From an uncultured virus (IMG/VR IMGVR_UViG_3300028887_000111) (taxonomy: Duplodnaviria; Heunggongvirae; Uroviricota; Caudoviricetes), in the IMG/VR virus record IMGVR_UViG_3300028887_000111, positions 1 to 64,000 of that record: a stretch of 64,000 nt of DNA; one strand, 5' to 3'. This document shows positions 32,440 to 43,070 of the stretch, one piece after another. Position numbers and translations under genes: made by a program. Every line of letters begins with the position of its first letter. Position 1 is the stretch's first letter. Under the pieces are notes generated by a model. That model ran no database searches, was not told the DNA's origin, and was given only the letters and a program-made list of their open reading frames with translations.

Positions 32440-33333
32440 ATGGCTCTTAACAATGGAAATGGAACAGACACAACAATGCTCGTAACACCTTCTTATGGTA
32501 TGCCGTTTGGTGGCGGTTACGGTGGTGGAAACGGTCTTTTCGGCGGTGGAGATAGCTGGCTCGGAATACTGTTTCTTATCGCTCTCTGTAATGGCGGATT
32601 CGGTTTTGGCGGTGGCTTCGGCGGAGGCTATGGCAATATGATGCTTGGCTATGACTTCCCGTGGCTTCTTAACGGTCAGAACAATCTCGGAAACAATATG
32701 AATAACGGTTTCCGTGATGCACAGCTCCACGACAGCATTACCTCTGTACAGAGTGCAATCTCGGCTCTCGCAACTCAGTTATGTCAGTGCTGCGGCGATA
32801 TGAGATATGATATGTGTAACGGTTTCAACGGTGTCAATAATTCTATTTTCGGAGCACAGACAGCTCTTGCACAGCAGATGAACGCAAACGAAATTGCAAG
32901 CCTTAATCGCTCTTTTGCAGAGCAGACAGCAAATGCACAGGGATTCAACGGCGTACAGGCAGGTCTTTCAGATGTCCGCTACACAGTAGCACAGGAGAAC
33001 TGTCAGGACAGATATGAGGCAGCTCAGAACACTCAGAACATCATAACTGCTCTTACAGCAGGAATCCAGTCTATAAAGGACGACCTCTGTCAGGACAGAC
33101 TTGACGCAGAGCGCAGAGAGAACGCAAACCTCAGAAGTGAACTTATGTATGCAAGAGGTCAGGCTTCACAGGTTGACCAGACAACACAGCTTAGAGCTTC
33201 TCAGCTTGCAGCTAACACAGCCCTCCTGAATGAACTTCGCTCATGCCCGATACCCGCACAGCCTGTATATGGAAATCAGGCAATCTTCACCTGCCCTAAC
33301 AACAATGGTTGCGGTTGCAACAGCTCATTCTAA
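32440..33333 (+). CDS. Gly-rich/Cys-rich coiled-coil protein
   Basis: Gly-rich N-terminus with a hydrophobic segment, CQCC, C-terminal PIPAxP and GCGC. Confidence 0.6.
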   Translation: MALNNGNGTDTTMLVTPSYGMPFGGGYGGGNGLFGGGDSWLGILFLIALCNGGFGFGGGFGGGYGNMMLGYDFPWLLNGQNNLGNNMNNGFRDAQLHDSITSVQSAISALATQLCQCCGDMRYDMCNGFNGVNNSIFGAQTALAQQMNANEIASLNRSFAEQTANAQGFNGVQAGLSDVRYTVAQENCQDRYEAAQNTQNIITALTAGIQSIKDDLCQDRLDAERRENANLRSELMYARGQASQVDQTTQLRASQLAANTALLNELRSCPIPAQPVYGNQAIFTCPNNNGCGCNSSF

Positions 33334-33389
33334 GTTTTACAAAACGTATAATGAGCGACTTCCAAATTAATAACTGAAAGGAGTTCATT

Positions 33390-34013
33390 ATGTCTAAATT
33401 CATAGACTTGACAGGATTAAAATTTAATATGCTTACCGTAAAAGAACGAGATTTTACAAAGAAGAAAACATATTGGATATGCCAATGTGATTGTGGCAAA
33501 ACTACATCTGTCGAATCAAGTAATTTAAAGAACGGGCTTGTTAAGAGTTGTGGTTGTTTAAAACACACCCCATGGAACAAAACTCATGGAGAATCTAATA
33601 CTAAATTATATAGACATTGGGTATGTATGATGCGCAGGTGTTATGATGAGAATTATCATTCTTATAAGTATTATGGTGCAAGAGGCATCGAAGTGTGCAA
33701 AGAATGGCACAACTACGAAGTCTTTAAGACTTGGACGCTTCTTACAAGAGCAGATGAGTCTTTAACCTGCGAACGCAAAGACTATAATGGGGATTATTGT
33801 CCTGAGAATTGTACATGGATTCCTTTGAGCGAACAGGCAAACAATAGGCGAAGCTGCATTATGATAACTTACCAAGATAAAACTCAAAATCTTATGCAAT
33901 GGTGTAAAGAATTAAAGTTAAGTTATCCTAAAATCTATACGAGAATGTATAGAAATAAGATGACTTTTGAGGAGGCTATTAAAATTCCTGTCGAGCAATC
34001 TCGAAAGGAGTGA
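33390..34013 (+). CDS. HNH-related homing endonuclease
   Basis: DLTGLKF, WICQCDCG, SCGC, YGARGIEVC, ERKDYNGDYCPENCTW. Confidence 0.8.
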   Translation: MSKFIDLTGLKFNMLTVKERDFTKKKTYWICQCDCGKTTSVESSNLKNGLVKSCGCLKHTPWNKTHGESNTKLYRHWVCMMRRCYDENYHSYKYYGARGIEVCKEWHNYEVFKTWTLLTRADESLTCERKDYNGDYCPENCTWIPLSEQANNRRSCIMITYQDKTQNLMQWCKELKLSYPKIYTRMYRNKMTFEEAIKIPVEQSRKE

Positions 34014-34019
34014 TTAATT

Positions 34020-34508
34020 TTGAGCGAATACTCATCAAATGCAACGCAGGTTGTACAGATAAATCAGCCTGTAATATTCACTGAATCTCCTGTTCCTTGC
34101 AACAGAGGACTTGTATTCCATAGAGAAGAAAGCGGTATCTTTCTTCTCGCAAATAATGCGCCTTCTACTAACACTTGTAGTTGCGGTTGCAGAAAAATCT
34201 ACGAAACACTTTATCAGGTAGAGTTCCACGGAAATATTTCTGTTCCTACCGATCCTGCTGGCACAGTTGAGCCTATAAGTCTTGCTATTGCAATTAATGG
34301 CGAAACTGACCCAAGCAGTATTATGACTGTCACAGTACCTCTGGTATCTGATACTTTTGGCGATAATGTTGGTGCTTCTATTATAGTGGCAATTCCCAGC
34401 ATTTATGGCTGTCAGAGTGTTTCGGTAAGAAATATCAGCACACAGGCAATTAACGTAATGAATGCCAATATCTTGTTTAACTATATTGGCTATCGCAGAG
34501 TTAGATAA
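34020..34508 (+). CDS. Beta-sandwich protein (BclA C-terminal-domain-like)
   Basis: YQVEFHGNI, ISLAIAINGE, beta-rich. Confidence 0.45.
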   Translation: MSEYSSNATQVVQINQPVIFTESPVPCNRGLVFHREESGIFLLANNAPSTNTCSCGCRKIYETLYQVEFHGNISVPTDPAGTVEPISLAIAINGETDPSSIMTVTVPLVSDTFGDNVGASIIVAIPSIYGCQSVSVRNISTQAINVMNANILFNYIGYRRVR

Positions 34509-34513
34509 GAAAG

Positions 34514-34954
34514 GTGGCAAACATGGATAAGAAGATTGATACTCTTTATGACCTTTGTGAGATGACCTTTAAGGAATTGGAGTCCACAAAGAGAGAACTT
34601 GAAAACGCTGGCGGTCAGCTTGGCGAGCAGCACGTTGAATACCTCAAAGATCTCACAGAAGTGCTGAAAGACATCAAATGTGTTATCGGCATGATGGAAG
34701 ATGAGGAAGAAGGCTATTCTGGCAACTACTACGATGACGATATGTCTATGGCAAGAGGTGGTCGTGGTGGCAGATCAAATCGTGGTGGATATACTCGTAG
34801 AGGCTCATATGAGCGTGGACGTAGCAATCGTAGAAGCTATGGACGCATGGAGTCCCGCGATGATTTCATGGATAGATTCGAGGAACTTATGGACGAAGCT
34901 CCAGATGAAGCAACTCGTAAGAAATTCGAGAAGCTCATGATGGAGATGAGATAA
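34514..34954 (+). CDS. Hypothetical protein with an Arg/Gly-rich segment
   Basis: ARGGRGGRSNRGGY between acidic helices. Confidence 0.55.
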   Translation: MANMDKKIDTLYDLCEMTFKELESTKRELENAGGQLGEQHVEYLKDLTEVLKDIKCVIGMMEDEEEGYSGNYYDDDMSMARGGRGGRSNRGGYTRRGSYERGRSNRRSYGRMESRDDFMDRFEELMDEAPDEATRKKFEKLMMEMR

Positions 34955-34961
34955 CTAACAA

Positions 34962-34999
34962 GGGGCGGTAGTTCACCGCTATCGCCCCACTTCTTTTTT
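34962..34999 (+). terminator. Intrinsic terminator
   Basis: GGGGCGGTAG...CTATCGCCCC followed by a T-rich tract. Confidence 0.75.
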
Positions 35000-35016
35000 A
35001 CGAGAGGGGTGGTTTT

Positions 35017-35217
35017 ATGAGAGAAATATTTAAGAAAATTGCAAAATTAATTGATGTTAAAAGTCTTATCAGCCTCTTGTTTGCGGTGTGCCTATCGATA
35101 GCCTTTTTGAACGGAGATGTAGATGTAAAGGATTATCTTACGGTTTGCACTATGGCGTTTACGTTTTTCTTTAGTTATCAGAATAATAAAAAGACAAACA
35201 CGGACAAGGAGGAGTAA
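35017..35217 (+). CDS. Holin
   Basis: 66 aa, two hydrophobic segments, charged C-terminus, upstream of endolysin. Confidence 0.7.
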   Translation: MREIFKKIAKLIDVKSLISLLFAVCLSIAFLNGDVDVKDYLTVCTMAFTFFFSYQNNKKTNTDKEE

Positions 35218-35303
35218 GCAATGGACGATAAAGATATTTTACTCAGCGCAGAAGCCGATGAAGAACTCTCAAATGGAAAAGGAAATGACGAGGAGGTGTG
35301 AAT

Positions 35304-36158
35304 ATGGCTTTTACAAATTCATCTTTGGTGTCTTATACTCAAATATCACCAAATAGAAACTCACCAAGAAATCAGCCCATTACTAAAATCACAATACATC
35401 ATATGGCAGGTATTATGTCTGTAGAACAATTTGGCAATCTTGTGGCGAATCCTGCAAGGCAAATGTCCGCTAATTACTGTATAGGCTCAGATGGACGTAT
35501 AGGTTTATTCTGCCCCGAAAGCGACAGATCGTGGTGTAGTGGTAGTGCTTGGAATGACAATCGCTCTATCACCATCGAGGTTTCAAATGATGTTTATGGC
35601 GAGCCGTGGTCTATTTCGCAAACTGTTTACGCTTCGTTAATCAAACTTTGCGTGGATATTTGCAAGCGCAACGGCATTAAGAAACTTGAATTTACAGGCG
35701 ATAAAAATGGCTCTTTGACCTATCACTATATGTTCCAAGCAACTCAGTGTCCCGCAACTTGGATAAAGGGACATACGCAGGAGATTTGCGACAAGGTAAA
35801 TGCACAGCTCAACGAAGTCATTGGTCTTTACACCAAGACTCTCACAAGTGGAACACCCATTTATAAAGAGATTGGGAAACCCGCAACTGGCAAAATCACT
35901 GTGGCTACTAAATATACAATCGTGGAGGAAAAGATAGTAAATTATGTCAAGTACGGCAAACTCAAATCTGGCGCAGGTTGGGTTGAGATTGAAAAACTGA
36001 AAAGGACATTTAACATAAATAATTCAGACGATGTAAAAGAGCTTCAGAACGCCCTTAATGCAAAGGGGTTCAATTGCGGTAGCGCGGATGGTGTTATGGG
36101 GGCGCATACTCAAAATGCCATGTTTCAGGCTCTTTGTGAAATGTGGTTGCAAAAGTGA
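35304..36158 (+). CDS. Endolysin, N-acetylmuramoyl-L-alanine amidase (Amidase_2) with C-terminal peptidoglycan-binding domain
   Basis: ITIHHMAG, SITIEVSN, H...TQCP; LQNALN..GF..GSADGVMG. Confidence 0.9.
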   Translation: MAFTNSSLVSYTQISPNRNSPRNQPITKITIHHMAGIMSVEQFGNLVANPARQMSANYCIGSDGRIGLFCPESDRSWCSGSAWNDNRSITIEVSNDVYGEPWSISQTVYASLIKLCVDICKRNGIKKLEFTGDKNGSLTYHYMFQATQCPATWIKGHTQEICDKVNAQLNEVIGLYTKTLTSGTPIYKEIGKPATGKITVATKYTIVEEKIVNYVKYGKLKSGAGWVEIEKLKRTFNINNSDDVKELQNALNAKGFNCGSADGVMGAHTQNAMFQALCEMWLQK

Positions 36159-36166
36159 GGTTTGAC

Positions 36167-36523
36167 ATGGCAATATCGGATAAGGAATTTTATGAACTGA
36201 AGGCAAATTCTCAGTCTAATGCACAGGCAATTAGCAATTTGCAGTCAAGAGTTAGCGATGTGGAAAAGAAGCAGGAAATGCTTTACGAAATGAATAGTAA
36301 TATCGCACTTATCGCACAATCTCTTAAGCAAGTTGAGGGTGACGTTGGAGAGGTAAAGGAAAATCAAAAGGAACTTAGTAATAAGGTATCTACCTTAGAA
36401 AACGCTCCCGCAAAAGAAACTTTGGATAATATTAAAAAAATAAAAATAGCTGCCATTACAGCAGTTACAACAATGATAGCCACAGGCGTTGCAGGTGCGA
36501 TAATCGTAGCTTTGGCTAAATAA
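36167..36523 (+). CDS. XhlA-like coiled-coil membrane protein (lysis accessory)
   Basis: Coiled coil plus a C-terminal hydrophobic helix. Confidence 0.55.
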   Translation: MAISDKEFYELKANSQSNAQAISNLQSRVSDVEKKQEMLYEMNSNIALIAQSLKQVEGDVGEVKENQKELSNKVSTLENAPAKETLDNIKKIKIAAITAVTTMIATGVAGAIIVALAK

Positions 36524-36525
36524 TT

Positions 36526-36576
36526 ATAAGGGTATGTATTAGGTCTTAATTGACTTGGTACATACCCTTATTTTTT
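36526..36576. terminator. Terminator at the convergence of the two gene blocks
   Basis: ATAAGGGTATGTA...TACATACCCTTAT followed by a T-tract. Confidence 0.8.
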
Positions 36577-37084
36577 ACCTCGTGGTGCTGCCTATGCCAC
36601 CATTTCTTATGCCGTCTGTTTCATCGTTTATAGTTTTAAAATACTGTTGTATGACTCCCTGACACATAGCCTCGCCCTGCCTAATGCTGATTGTTTTACC
36701 GTCTGGGCTGTCGTTGTAGAATTTAACCCATATATGACCCTCATTATCAGAATTACTATAGTCTGCGTCTATTACGGCAACCGAGTTCCATAACTGCATC
36801 TTGTACTTAAAACCAAGCCCCGATCTCGGATAGATTGCAAGGAACTTGTCATCGTCAAGGAGAACTCTTATGCCAGTAGGTACTTTAACAGTGCCTTTAG
36901 GTGGGATTGCGATATTGTATGGAGCGAAGAAATCATGACCTGCCGAGCCTGTTGTTGCTCTCTTGGGTAACTTAATCATATTATAGATTGCCCTACTATC
37001 CCTTGCATCTAAACACTCGTCATCAAGATACTCGGCAAAGTCAGCGAAAAACTGTCTTTCACTTATCTTCTCAAATTTATTCAT
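36575..37084 (-). CDS. dut: Trimeric dUTPase
   Basis: SAGHD, PRSG, VIDADY, RNGGIGST motifs. Confidence 0.95.
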   Translation of the reverse strand: MNKFEKISERQFFADFAEYLDDECLDARDSRAIYNMIKLPKRATTGSAGHDFFAPYNIAIPPKGTVKVPTGIRVLLDDDKFLAIYPRSGLGFKYKMQLWNSVAVIDADYSNSDNEGHIWVKFYNDSPDGKTISIRQGEAMCQGVIQQYFKTINDETDGIRNGGIGSTTR

Positions 37085-37355
37085 TCTCATCATTTCCTCT
37101 CTGGTCTATTGACCTCCACCAACTATGCGTTCCGTTGGCTTCTTCAAGAACTGTGCCTGTAAAACTCTCTACGGCTTGGTTGCCGTATTCTGGTGAACAG
37201 TCATAAACCACAAAATAGTTATCATTCTTGTAGAACTGTGTGAGCGTTCCTTCTTCTCTACAAGGAATTAATAGTCTCACAATGTTTACGTTCTCATAGC
37301 GCACTGAGCCTTGTGGGTCTGCGGTTTCTGGGAGTAAATCAGGGTGCAACATCAT
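37077..37355 (-). CDS. Hypothetical protein
   Basis: Overlaps both neighbours in operon fashion. Confidence 0.45.
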   Translation of the reverse strand: MMLHPDLLPETADPQGSVRYENVNIVRLLIPCREEGTLTQFYKNDNYFVVYDCSPEYGNQAVESFTGTVLEEANGTHSWWRSIDQRGNDENE

Positions 37356-37935
37356 CGTTTTCGTTCTCCTTTATGAGATTTGCTATCATATGAACCTTGT
37401 TGTAAACGTCGCTCCAATTATAAACTCGTGAAAACATAGGAATAGGTTTGTTTGTTTGATTATATGGCATATCCATGCAGATGCTTACATATTCTTTATC
37501 TCCAATGAGATTAAAAAGTGCATCATCTACCAATACATCAAGCCTAATTAATTGCTTACACTGAGTATTAATGGTATGTCTCCATACATAATCCTTTGGA
37601 AAAAAATCGAGATTACGGGCTAAGTGACCTATCTTCTTTTTAAGATTTTGAGGCAAGCTGCTTGTGACAAAGTATATATCATGCCCTTCATCCCAAAGTT
37701 TTTTGATAACTTCGTATGCGCCGCCTATCAACCCTACCTTCTTCCACATAACAGGATCTTTAAACGCCATATCTATAATCCATTTGTACTGGTCAGGCAG
37801 AGCGTCCTCCATGCTGTACGTTTTAAAATCGTCCATGCATAGATTAAGTCCTAATCTCTCATTCACATAGTTTACAACTTGCTGTGGGCTGTCTACTACC
37901 ACGCCATCGAGATCAAAGCCAATCGTAAGAGCCAT
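37339..37935 (-). CDS. HAD-family 5'(3')-deoxyribonucleotidase-like protein
   Basis: FDLDGV, FVTS, LVDD, PYN motifs. Confidence 0.85.
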   Translation of the reverse strand: MALTIGFDLDGVVVDSPQQVVNYVNERLGLNLCMDDFKTYSMEDALPDQYKWIIDMAFKDPVMWKKVGLIGGAYEVIKKLWDEGHDIYFVTSSLPQNLKKKIGHLARNLDFFPKDYVWRHTINTQCKQLIRLDVLVDDALFNLIGDKEYVSICMDMPYNQTNKPIPMFSRVYNWSDVYNKVHMIANLIKENENDDVAP

Positions 37936-37944
37936 TAAAACACC

Positions 37945-38937
37945 TCACAGCCACGGAAAGAAAAGGTTGTATAATGCTTCGCCTGTCTTAGAGTCGGTAT
38001 TGAGTGTAATACGCACGCCATGCTTTTCATTGAACTTCTTGAGGCTATCCATAATGGCTAAAAGGTCTGCATCGCGCTCGGCATCTGCCCTCTTCTGAGC
38101 TTCTTCTTTTTCAGCGCGTTCCTTTTCTTTAAGGGTTGCAAGTTCCTGTTCAAGTCTCTTAATCTGTTCTGCTGTTGTTTCCATTATTCTTCCTCCATAT
38201 CTTTTTCACTTTTACCAAGTGAGATTTCACTGAGTTTATAATAGCTGATATACTTGCCATCACCATAGGCGTATGTGGTCGCCAAGAGCAGATCGCCGTC
38301 TGGAAGCGTGATAACATCAAGTATGCGAATGTGGTCGCACTCGTCATTTACATACTGGCTCTCGTCTATAAACTTCTCGTCTTGTTCATAGGGGGTAAAC
38401 ATACGCTTATACTCCCACATACGGAAGATTGTATCAGACGGAAGTGTGGCAAGATACTCGCCAAATGAATTGTATTGCATAAGCACTCCTTACTTGACAT
38501 ATTTGTACAGGTCTGTTGGGATTGTAGACTTCTTGGCTGTTTTCTTTTTGCCTTTATATAAGTAATACTCTTGGCGGAGAGTGTCGCTTACTATATAATA
38601 TGTAGTTCCACTCTCGCCAATAACAGTCACCCATAAAAGCATGGTTTCATCATACGGAAACACGTTGTAAATGACTGAATCAAACATTGTTGTCGCGCTC
38701 CCACTCAGCCATAAGCTGCCGATCTCTCCAAAGGTCGTACTTGTAGTCCTCGTCTGGTTCTGGAATTTCTGCTTCTGTTTTGTAGCAACACTCCTCACAA
38801 TAATGATCTTTACCTAATACATACACCGTATCGCCAATATATATGTCCCCTCCGCAGCCGTCGCATTTGAAAGCAACCGCTGGTTCATAGTTAGGGCAGC
38901 TTGAAATACAGGGGTGGTGTCTACATTCTTCACACAT
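37945..38937 (-). CDS. Four small hypothetical proteins (37945-38184, 38184-38486, 38490-38687, 38680-38937; the last is Cys-rich)
   Basis: Tightly packed ORFs with RBS-like sequences. Confidence 0.5.
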
Positions 38938-38938
38938 A

Positions 38939-39133
38939 TTAGTCCTCCTCCACTTTCATAAAGCGTTCACAATAGCACAACCCCTCGGTCTGCTGTTCTT
39001 TGAAATCCTTGCACATACAGCGAGTATGATTATCTCGTACAAGTCTACAACAACAGTAACCGTCATTTGCTTTGACTTCCTTAGTAACTGCTTCATACAT
39101 CTCTTTATCTGGGTTGGGAATTATCTTCAACAT
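38939..39133 (-). CDS. Ferredoxin-thioredoxin reductase catalytic-subunit-like protein
   Basis: GYCCC...CMC...CYC spacing; downstream of nrdG. Confidence 0.6.
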   Translation of the reverse strand: MLKIIPNPDKEMYEAVTKEVKANDGYCCCRLVRDNHTRCMCKDFKEQQTEGLCYCERFMKVEED

Positions 39134-39603
39134 ATTCTCACTCCTTTTTGATTATCACTTGCCAAGTTTACACCAAGCACTTCATCGTAATGTGACTGTT
39201 GGTCGGGGATATATCGCCCAAATTTAACGATTATATTTTTGAAGTCTGCCTTTAGTTTGTTGATGTATGGCTGTATCTCGTCCTCATAATAGCCAGTATA
39301 GATAACTATATCATCATTGCATCGGTTGCGAAATTCACAGATAAACGCCATCAACTCTTCAATATCATCAAATGGTTCTAAGCCTCCGAGACAAACAGCC
39401 TGAGATATATCGTTGCTCACATATCTATCAACAAGTTCTTTGCAACTAATCTCTATTACTGGCGCAGTAGCAAGCGGTAAGTTTTGACATACCGCTTTGC
39501 CACATTCTGCGTCACATTTGAAACTACATTTTGACGTAGCAATAAACATAGATGGTAGCTTGTAGTTGACAAGATCCTCGTCTATCAAGTCTTTAATTTT
39601 CAT
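39127..39603 (-). CDS. nrdG: Anaerobic ribonucleotide reductase activase
   Basis: CSFKC...C, GGLEP, YTGY, SDNQ; adjacent to nrdD. Confidence 0.85.
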   Translation of the reverse strand: MKIKDLIDEDLVNYKLPSMFIATSKCSFKCDAECGKAVCQNLPLATAPVIEISCKELVDRYVSNDISQAVCLGGLEPFDDIEELMAFICEFRNRCNDDIVIYTGYYEDEIQPYINKLKADFKNIIVKFGRYIPDQQSHYDEVLGVNLASDNQKGVRIC

Positions 39604-39606
39604 CGA

Positions 39607-42570
39607 TTAGTCTCCTTTAAGTTCTGCATAAGAATACCATTGTCTTGCTGAAAACTCCTTGAACCGATCCTTTGAATATGATTTACTTCCAACGATGAAT
39701 CCAACTATTCGTTGATATGTGTCATATACAGGTTCGCCACAAACTGGACATATATCAGTACCGACAAAACCGTGATGATGTTTGCAAGCATTGATTTTTG
39801 TATTAAAGGCAAAGTATATAACCCCCGAAGCAGCTATATGATTGAGCATATCCCATGCTACATCCGTATTAGGGAAATTGTTTTCGAGGTTGATGTGAGC
39901 GATCGCGCCACCTCCGCAAAGTTTATCAAGAATCGATGATAGGTGAAGTTTTTCAGAGATAGTGCATTTTGCTGTAAGCGGAATCCACTGATTTGAATAT
40001 ATAAAGGTGTCGGTCTTTGGATGATAAAGAGCATTATCTTTTTGACAAAGGATAACAGCGCAGCGTTCTGCGGGTACTGATTCCACGTTTATAGAATACT
40101 CTGTTGTGAAGTTATCCTTAACACTGTTAATAACATCAAAGACCTTTTTGGCAAACTCTATACCACTTTTCGTGTAAGAAATATAACCGAAGTTGTCTGT
40201 CTCAGTGTAACCCATTGCCTTAACAACTTCATAAAGACCTAAAATGCCCACGGTACAATATTGCTTGGCAAGCTCCATAGCTCCGTCTTGGTAATTTGGA
40301 AGTAGTCCCTTTTCAATGTTTCTCTGTATTATGTGACGTACACAATCTAAGGTTTTACAACAAAGTTCTACTCTATGCTTCAATTTTTTAAGATAAGATT
40401 CTTCGTCTTTGCCTACTTCATAAAAGATACGCATAAGATTAATAGTATTAACCTTTACAGAACCAATTGATAATGCTGTTCCACCTATAGAATTAATGAA
40501 AGCATCGAGTTTAGACGTATCTGAGAGTAAACGACAATTATGAGATATTACTCCATTGGGTAAGGTGAAGTATGGTTCATCTTCAGACTTCATCTCAAAA
40601 CAATACACATATTCATTATCGTAGTCAACAGGCTCAATAGAAGCAATTTTATAATACTCGCTATTATTAACAAATTTAAAGCCAGATGTTTTATGCTTTC
40701 TTTTGTTCATTGGGCTATACCAACGTATACAATACAGAGGATAATTTCTTTTAAAGTTTTCACCTCTAATAACAACCGCTTCATCTGTTCTGTCGCTAAT
40801 ATCAATGATACTATTCATGCCAAGAGAAGTAATCAGACACTCAATTTGCTGAACTAACTTTGCAGACGTTGTATAAATTCTGTTTGAATTGCCGCCATCC
40901 GTAGCGTAGAATCCATCTAAAATACCCTTGCGGAAGTCTCTATTTTGAAGTAGACAATTGAGATTAAGTTCTTTTTCATAACAATAATTGCCTAAAACCC
41001 ATTCTTTAATAAAACCGTATACTCCCCAACTTGCAATTTTTGTGGGATAAACATTGTTATAAGGAGTGCTCAATTTATACTCCGCATTGGGATCAAGGCT
41101 CTTTACAGCTCTTTCAACAGTACCAAGCGTTGACTGATACTTGCTTTGATTAAGGGAGAGATCAACGAATGGCTTATGATTTTCTTTCTTCTGATATGTA
41201 CTGCCGTCGCCTAAGTACATTCCTACTAAAAAACCTTGCTCATAGGTGAGATGTCTGTCTTGTTCTGGAACTGCATCAAGCACCCTGCAATTAACCATTA
41301 AATAGTCGTCTGTGGTTAGGTCAATTACTTTTCTATCTCCTTTTAAAGTGGGGAATATGTGATTGTCCGTGACATATAACTCTTTCTTATTTGCAGTCAC
41401 AACCTTAAACATTTTTCTCTTTGGTAGCCTAATCACCTTACCACTAACCCAACTTCCATTATGAAAAATGGTAAAGTTGCGTTTCTTTTCGTGGTACGGA
41501 GCATTATATAGTTCTTCAAACGTCATATAATTTACACCATCGGACGACTTGGTAAGACACATCTGTTCTCCTGAAAAGCAACAATTACTGAGTACCCCTA
41601 CGTTGTCGCTGATAAAGAAGTTGCTGTCGTTCCACTTAACATTATGGTCTGAACACCACCTCGCAAAACTCTCGTCAACAAATTTACCGTTCTTGTAAAG
41701 CAGAGAATATGTCAGTACGGGAAATGTGAACATATTTGCTTCTCTTATTTCGGACACAACCTGCATAAAGACCTTTTCAATCTCTATGATTTCCTCTACA
41801 TAATCAATTGCCATTGTACCATCTGGGAACTCAACTCCGCCAAAAAGTTCTTCAATATAATTACGATCAAAAATAGAAACATTTGTAAATGAACTCTGAT
41901 CTACTCTGAGAAATGGTTGATTAAGACGATAGATTAACTTTTGAAAGCTCTGTTTTAAATAGTAATCTTTATCTTTAATGTAGTAGCCCGTCTCGCAATC
42001 CTTCTTCCAAAAGTAGAAACTCCATACAAGGACATTTGGGAGTCCTACCGCACCTGAAGAACGATTGCACATGTATGAAACAAACTCTATTACATCATCA
42101 AGGAACGTAGTAAGATGTTTAGGGGCTTCTGAGTTATAATTATTTAAGAAGAACAATCCTTCTTTTGCTAAACGAGTTAAATCGTAGGCGTAACAATAGG
42201 GCTTATATGTAGCTGATGGAGCATCGTGGAGATAATATGCGCCTGAATATTCATCTTCAAGCCATTCTCTTGCGTCCGCAAGACCATACTTCTTGTTCAT
42301 TTCATAGAAGATTTTGTTAAAAGCAAAGAGTTTATCATGGCTCTTGCCTTTCTCTGCAAGCAAACTTGCTATGTCTTTGTGGCTTGCGTTAGCGTTGGCA
42401 TCTATTGTAACATCAGCCATATTTTTGTCAATAAAGCCTTCTATAAAATCAGAAAAATTCATTTGAGAGTTATGAAAACCGTTTAATATTTCAAATTCTT
42501 CGCCGTATTTGTCTACTACTTTATTAAATGCAGTAGTAAAATTTTTGCCAGTTTTGATATTTACGTCCAT
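39607..42570 (-). CDS. nrdD: Class III anaerobic ribonucleotide reductase containing an intein
   Basis: FTFPV, SNC/CRL finger loop, ESVPAE, C-terminal CxxH/CxxC and RIVGF glycyl-radical motif. Confidence 0.95.
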   Translation of the reverse strand: MDVNIKTGKNFTTAFNKVVDKYGEEFEILNGFHNSQMNFSDFIEGFIDKNMADVTIDANANASHKDIASLLAEKGKSHDKLFAFNKIFYEMNKKYGLADAREWLEDEYSGAYYLHDAPSATYKPYCYAYDLTRLAKEGLFFLNNYNSEAPKHLTTFLDDVIEFVSYMCNRSSGAVGLPNVLVWSFYFWKKDCETGYYIKDKDYYLKQSFQKLIYRLNQPFLRVDQSSFTNVSIFDRNYIEELFGGVEFPDGTMAIDYVEEIIEIEKVFMQVVSEIREANMFTFPVLTYSLLYKNGKFVDESFARWCSDHNVKWNDSNFFISDNVGVLSNCCFSGEQMCLTKSSDGVNYMTFEELYNAPYHEKKRNFTIFHNGSWVSGKVIRLPKRKMFKVVTANKKELYVTDNHIFPTLKGDRKVIDLTTDDYLMVNCRVLDAVPEQDRHLTYEQGFLVGMYLGDGSTYQKKENHKPFVDLSLNQSKYQSTLGTVERAVKSLDPNAEYKLSTPYNNVYPTKIASWGVYGFIKEWVLGNYCYEKELNLNCLLQNRDFRKGILDGFYATDGGNSNRIYTTSAKLVQQIECLITSLGMNSIIDISDRTDEAVVIRGENFKRNYPLYCIRWYSPMNKRKHKTSGFKFVNNSEYYKIASIEPVDYDNEYVYCFEMKSEDEPYFTLPNGVISHNCRLLSDTSKLDAFINSIGGTALSIGSVKVNTINLMRIFYEVGKDEESYLKKLKHRVELCCKTLDCVRHIIQRNIEKGLLPNYQDGAMELAKQYCTVGILGLYEVVKAMGYTETDNFGYISYTKSGIEFAKKVFDVINSVKDNFTTEYSINVESVPAERCAVILCQKDNALYHPKTDTFIYSNQWIPLTAKCTISEKLHLSSILDKLCGGGAIAHINLENNFPNTDVAWDMLNHIAASGVIYFAFNTKINACKHHHGFVGTDICPVCGEPVYDTYQRIVGFIVGSKSYSKDRFKEFSARQWYSYAELKGD
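40537..41580 (-). mobile_element. Intein with LAGLIDADG endonuclease (348 aa)
   Basis: Starts CFSGEQ, block B VTDNHIF, GMYLGDG and GFYATDG, ends SHN followed by Cys. Confidence 0.92.
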
Positions 42571-42572
42571 GA

Positions 42573-42987
42573 TTAACCCCTTTCATTAACCCACTTAACT
42601 GCTTCACCGAAGTTCATAACCTGTCCGTCTACATCTAATACAGGCATAAAGTCAAACCCCTTTTGTATCATAAGTTCCTTGTCGTCACAGATTGTATATT
42701 CAATCTTAGCGTTGTCTAATTTTTTCTCCAGAATCTTGCACTTCGGGCAGTATGTACTGTACAACGTTATCATTCTCTCACCCTCTCTTTAACTTCTTCA
42801 TTGCTTTCTTTGCCACCATTAATTCACCGTCTATCTCGACTACAGGCAGAGACTTCACTTTATTTGCTCCTACCCACTCAGTTCCAACTCTCTCGACCTC
42901 GTATGAAATATCTCTTTCATCTAAGAAATTTAAGAGTTCAACGGCTTTACTGTTTAATATTTCGCTTACATAAACTTTAACGTTCAT
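42573..42987 (-). CDS. Two glutaredoxin/NrdH-like proteins (42573-42773 with CPKC; 42778-42987 lacking CxxC)
   Basis: CPKC...PVLDVDG; LPVVEIDG in the second. Confidence 0.7.
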
Positions 42988-43070
42988 ACTTGCCTCCCTC
43001 ACGAGCGCAAGCCCAAAACATAGAAGCGTTTGCAATAATAACGCTGCCTAATATAATCCTAATCATTCTT

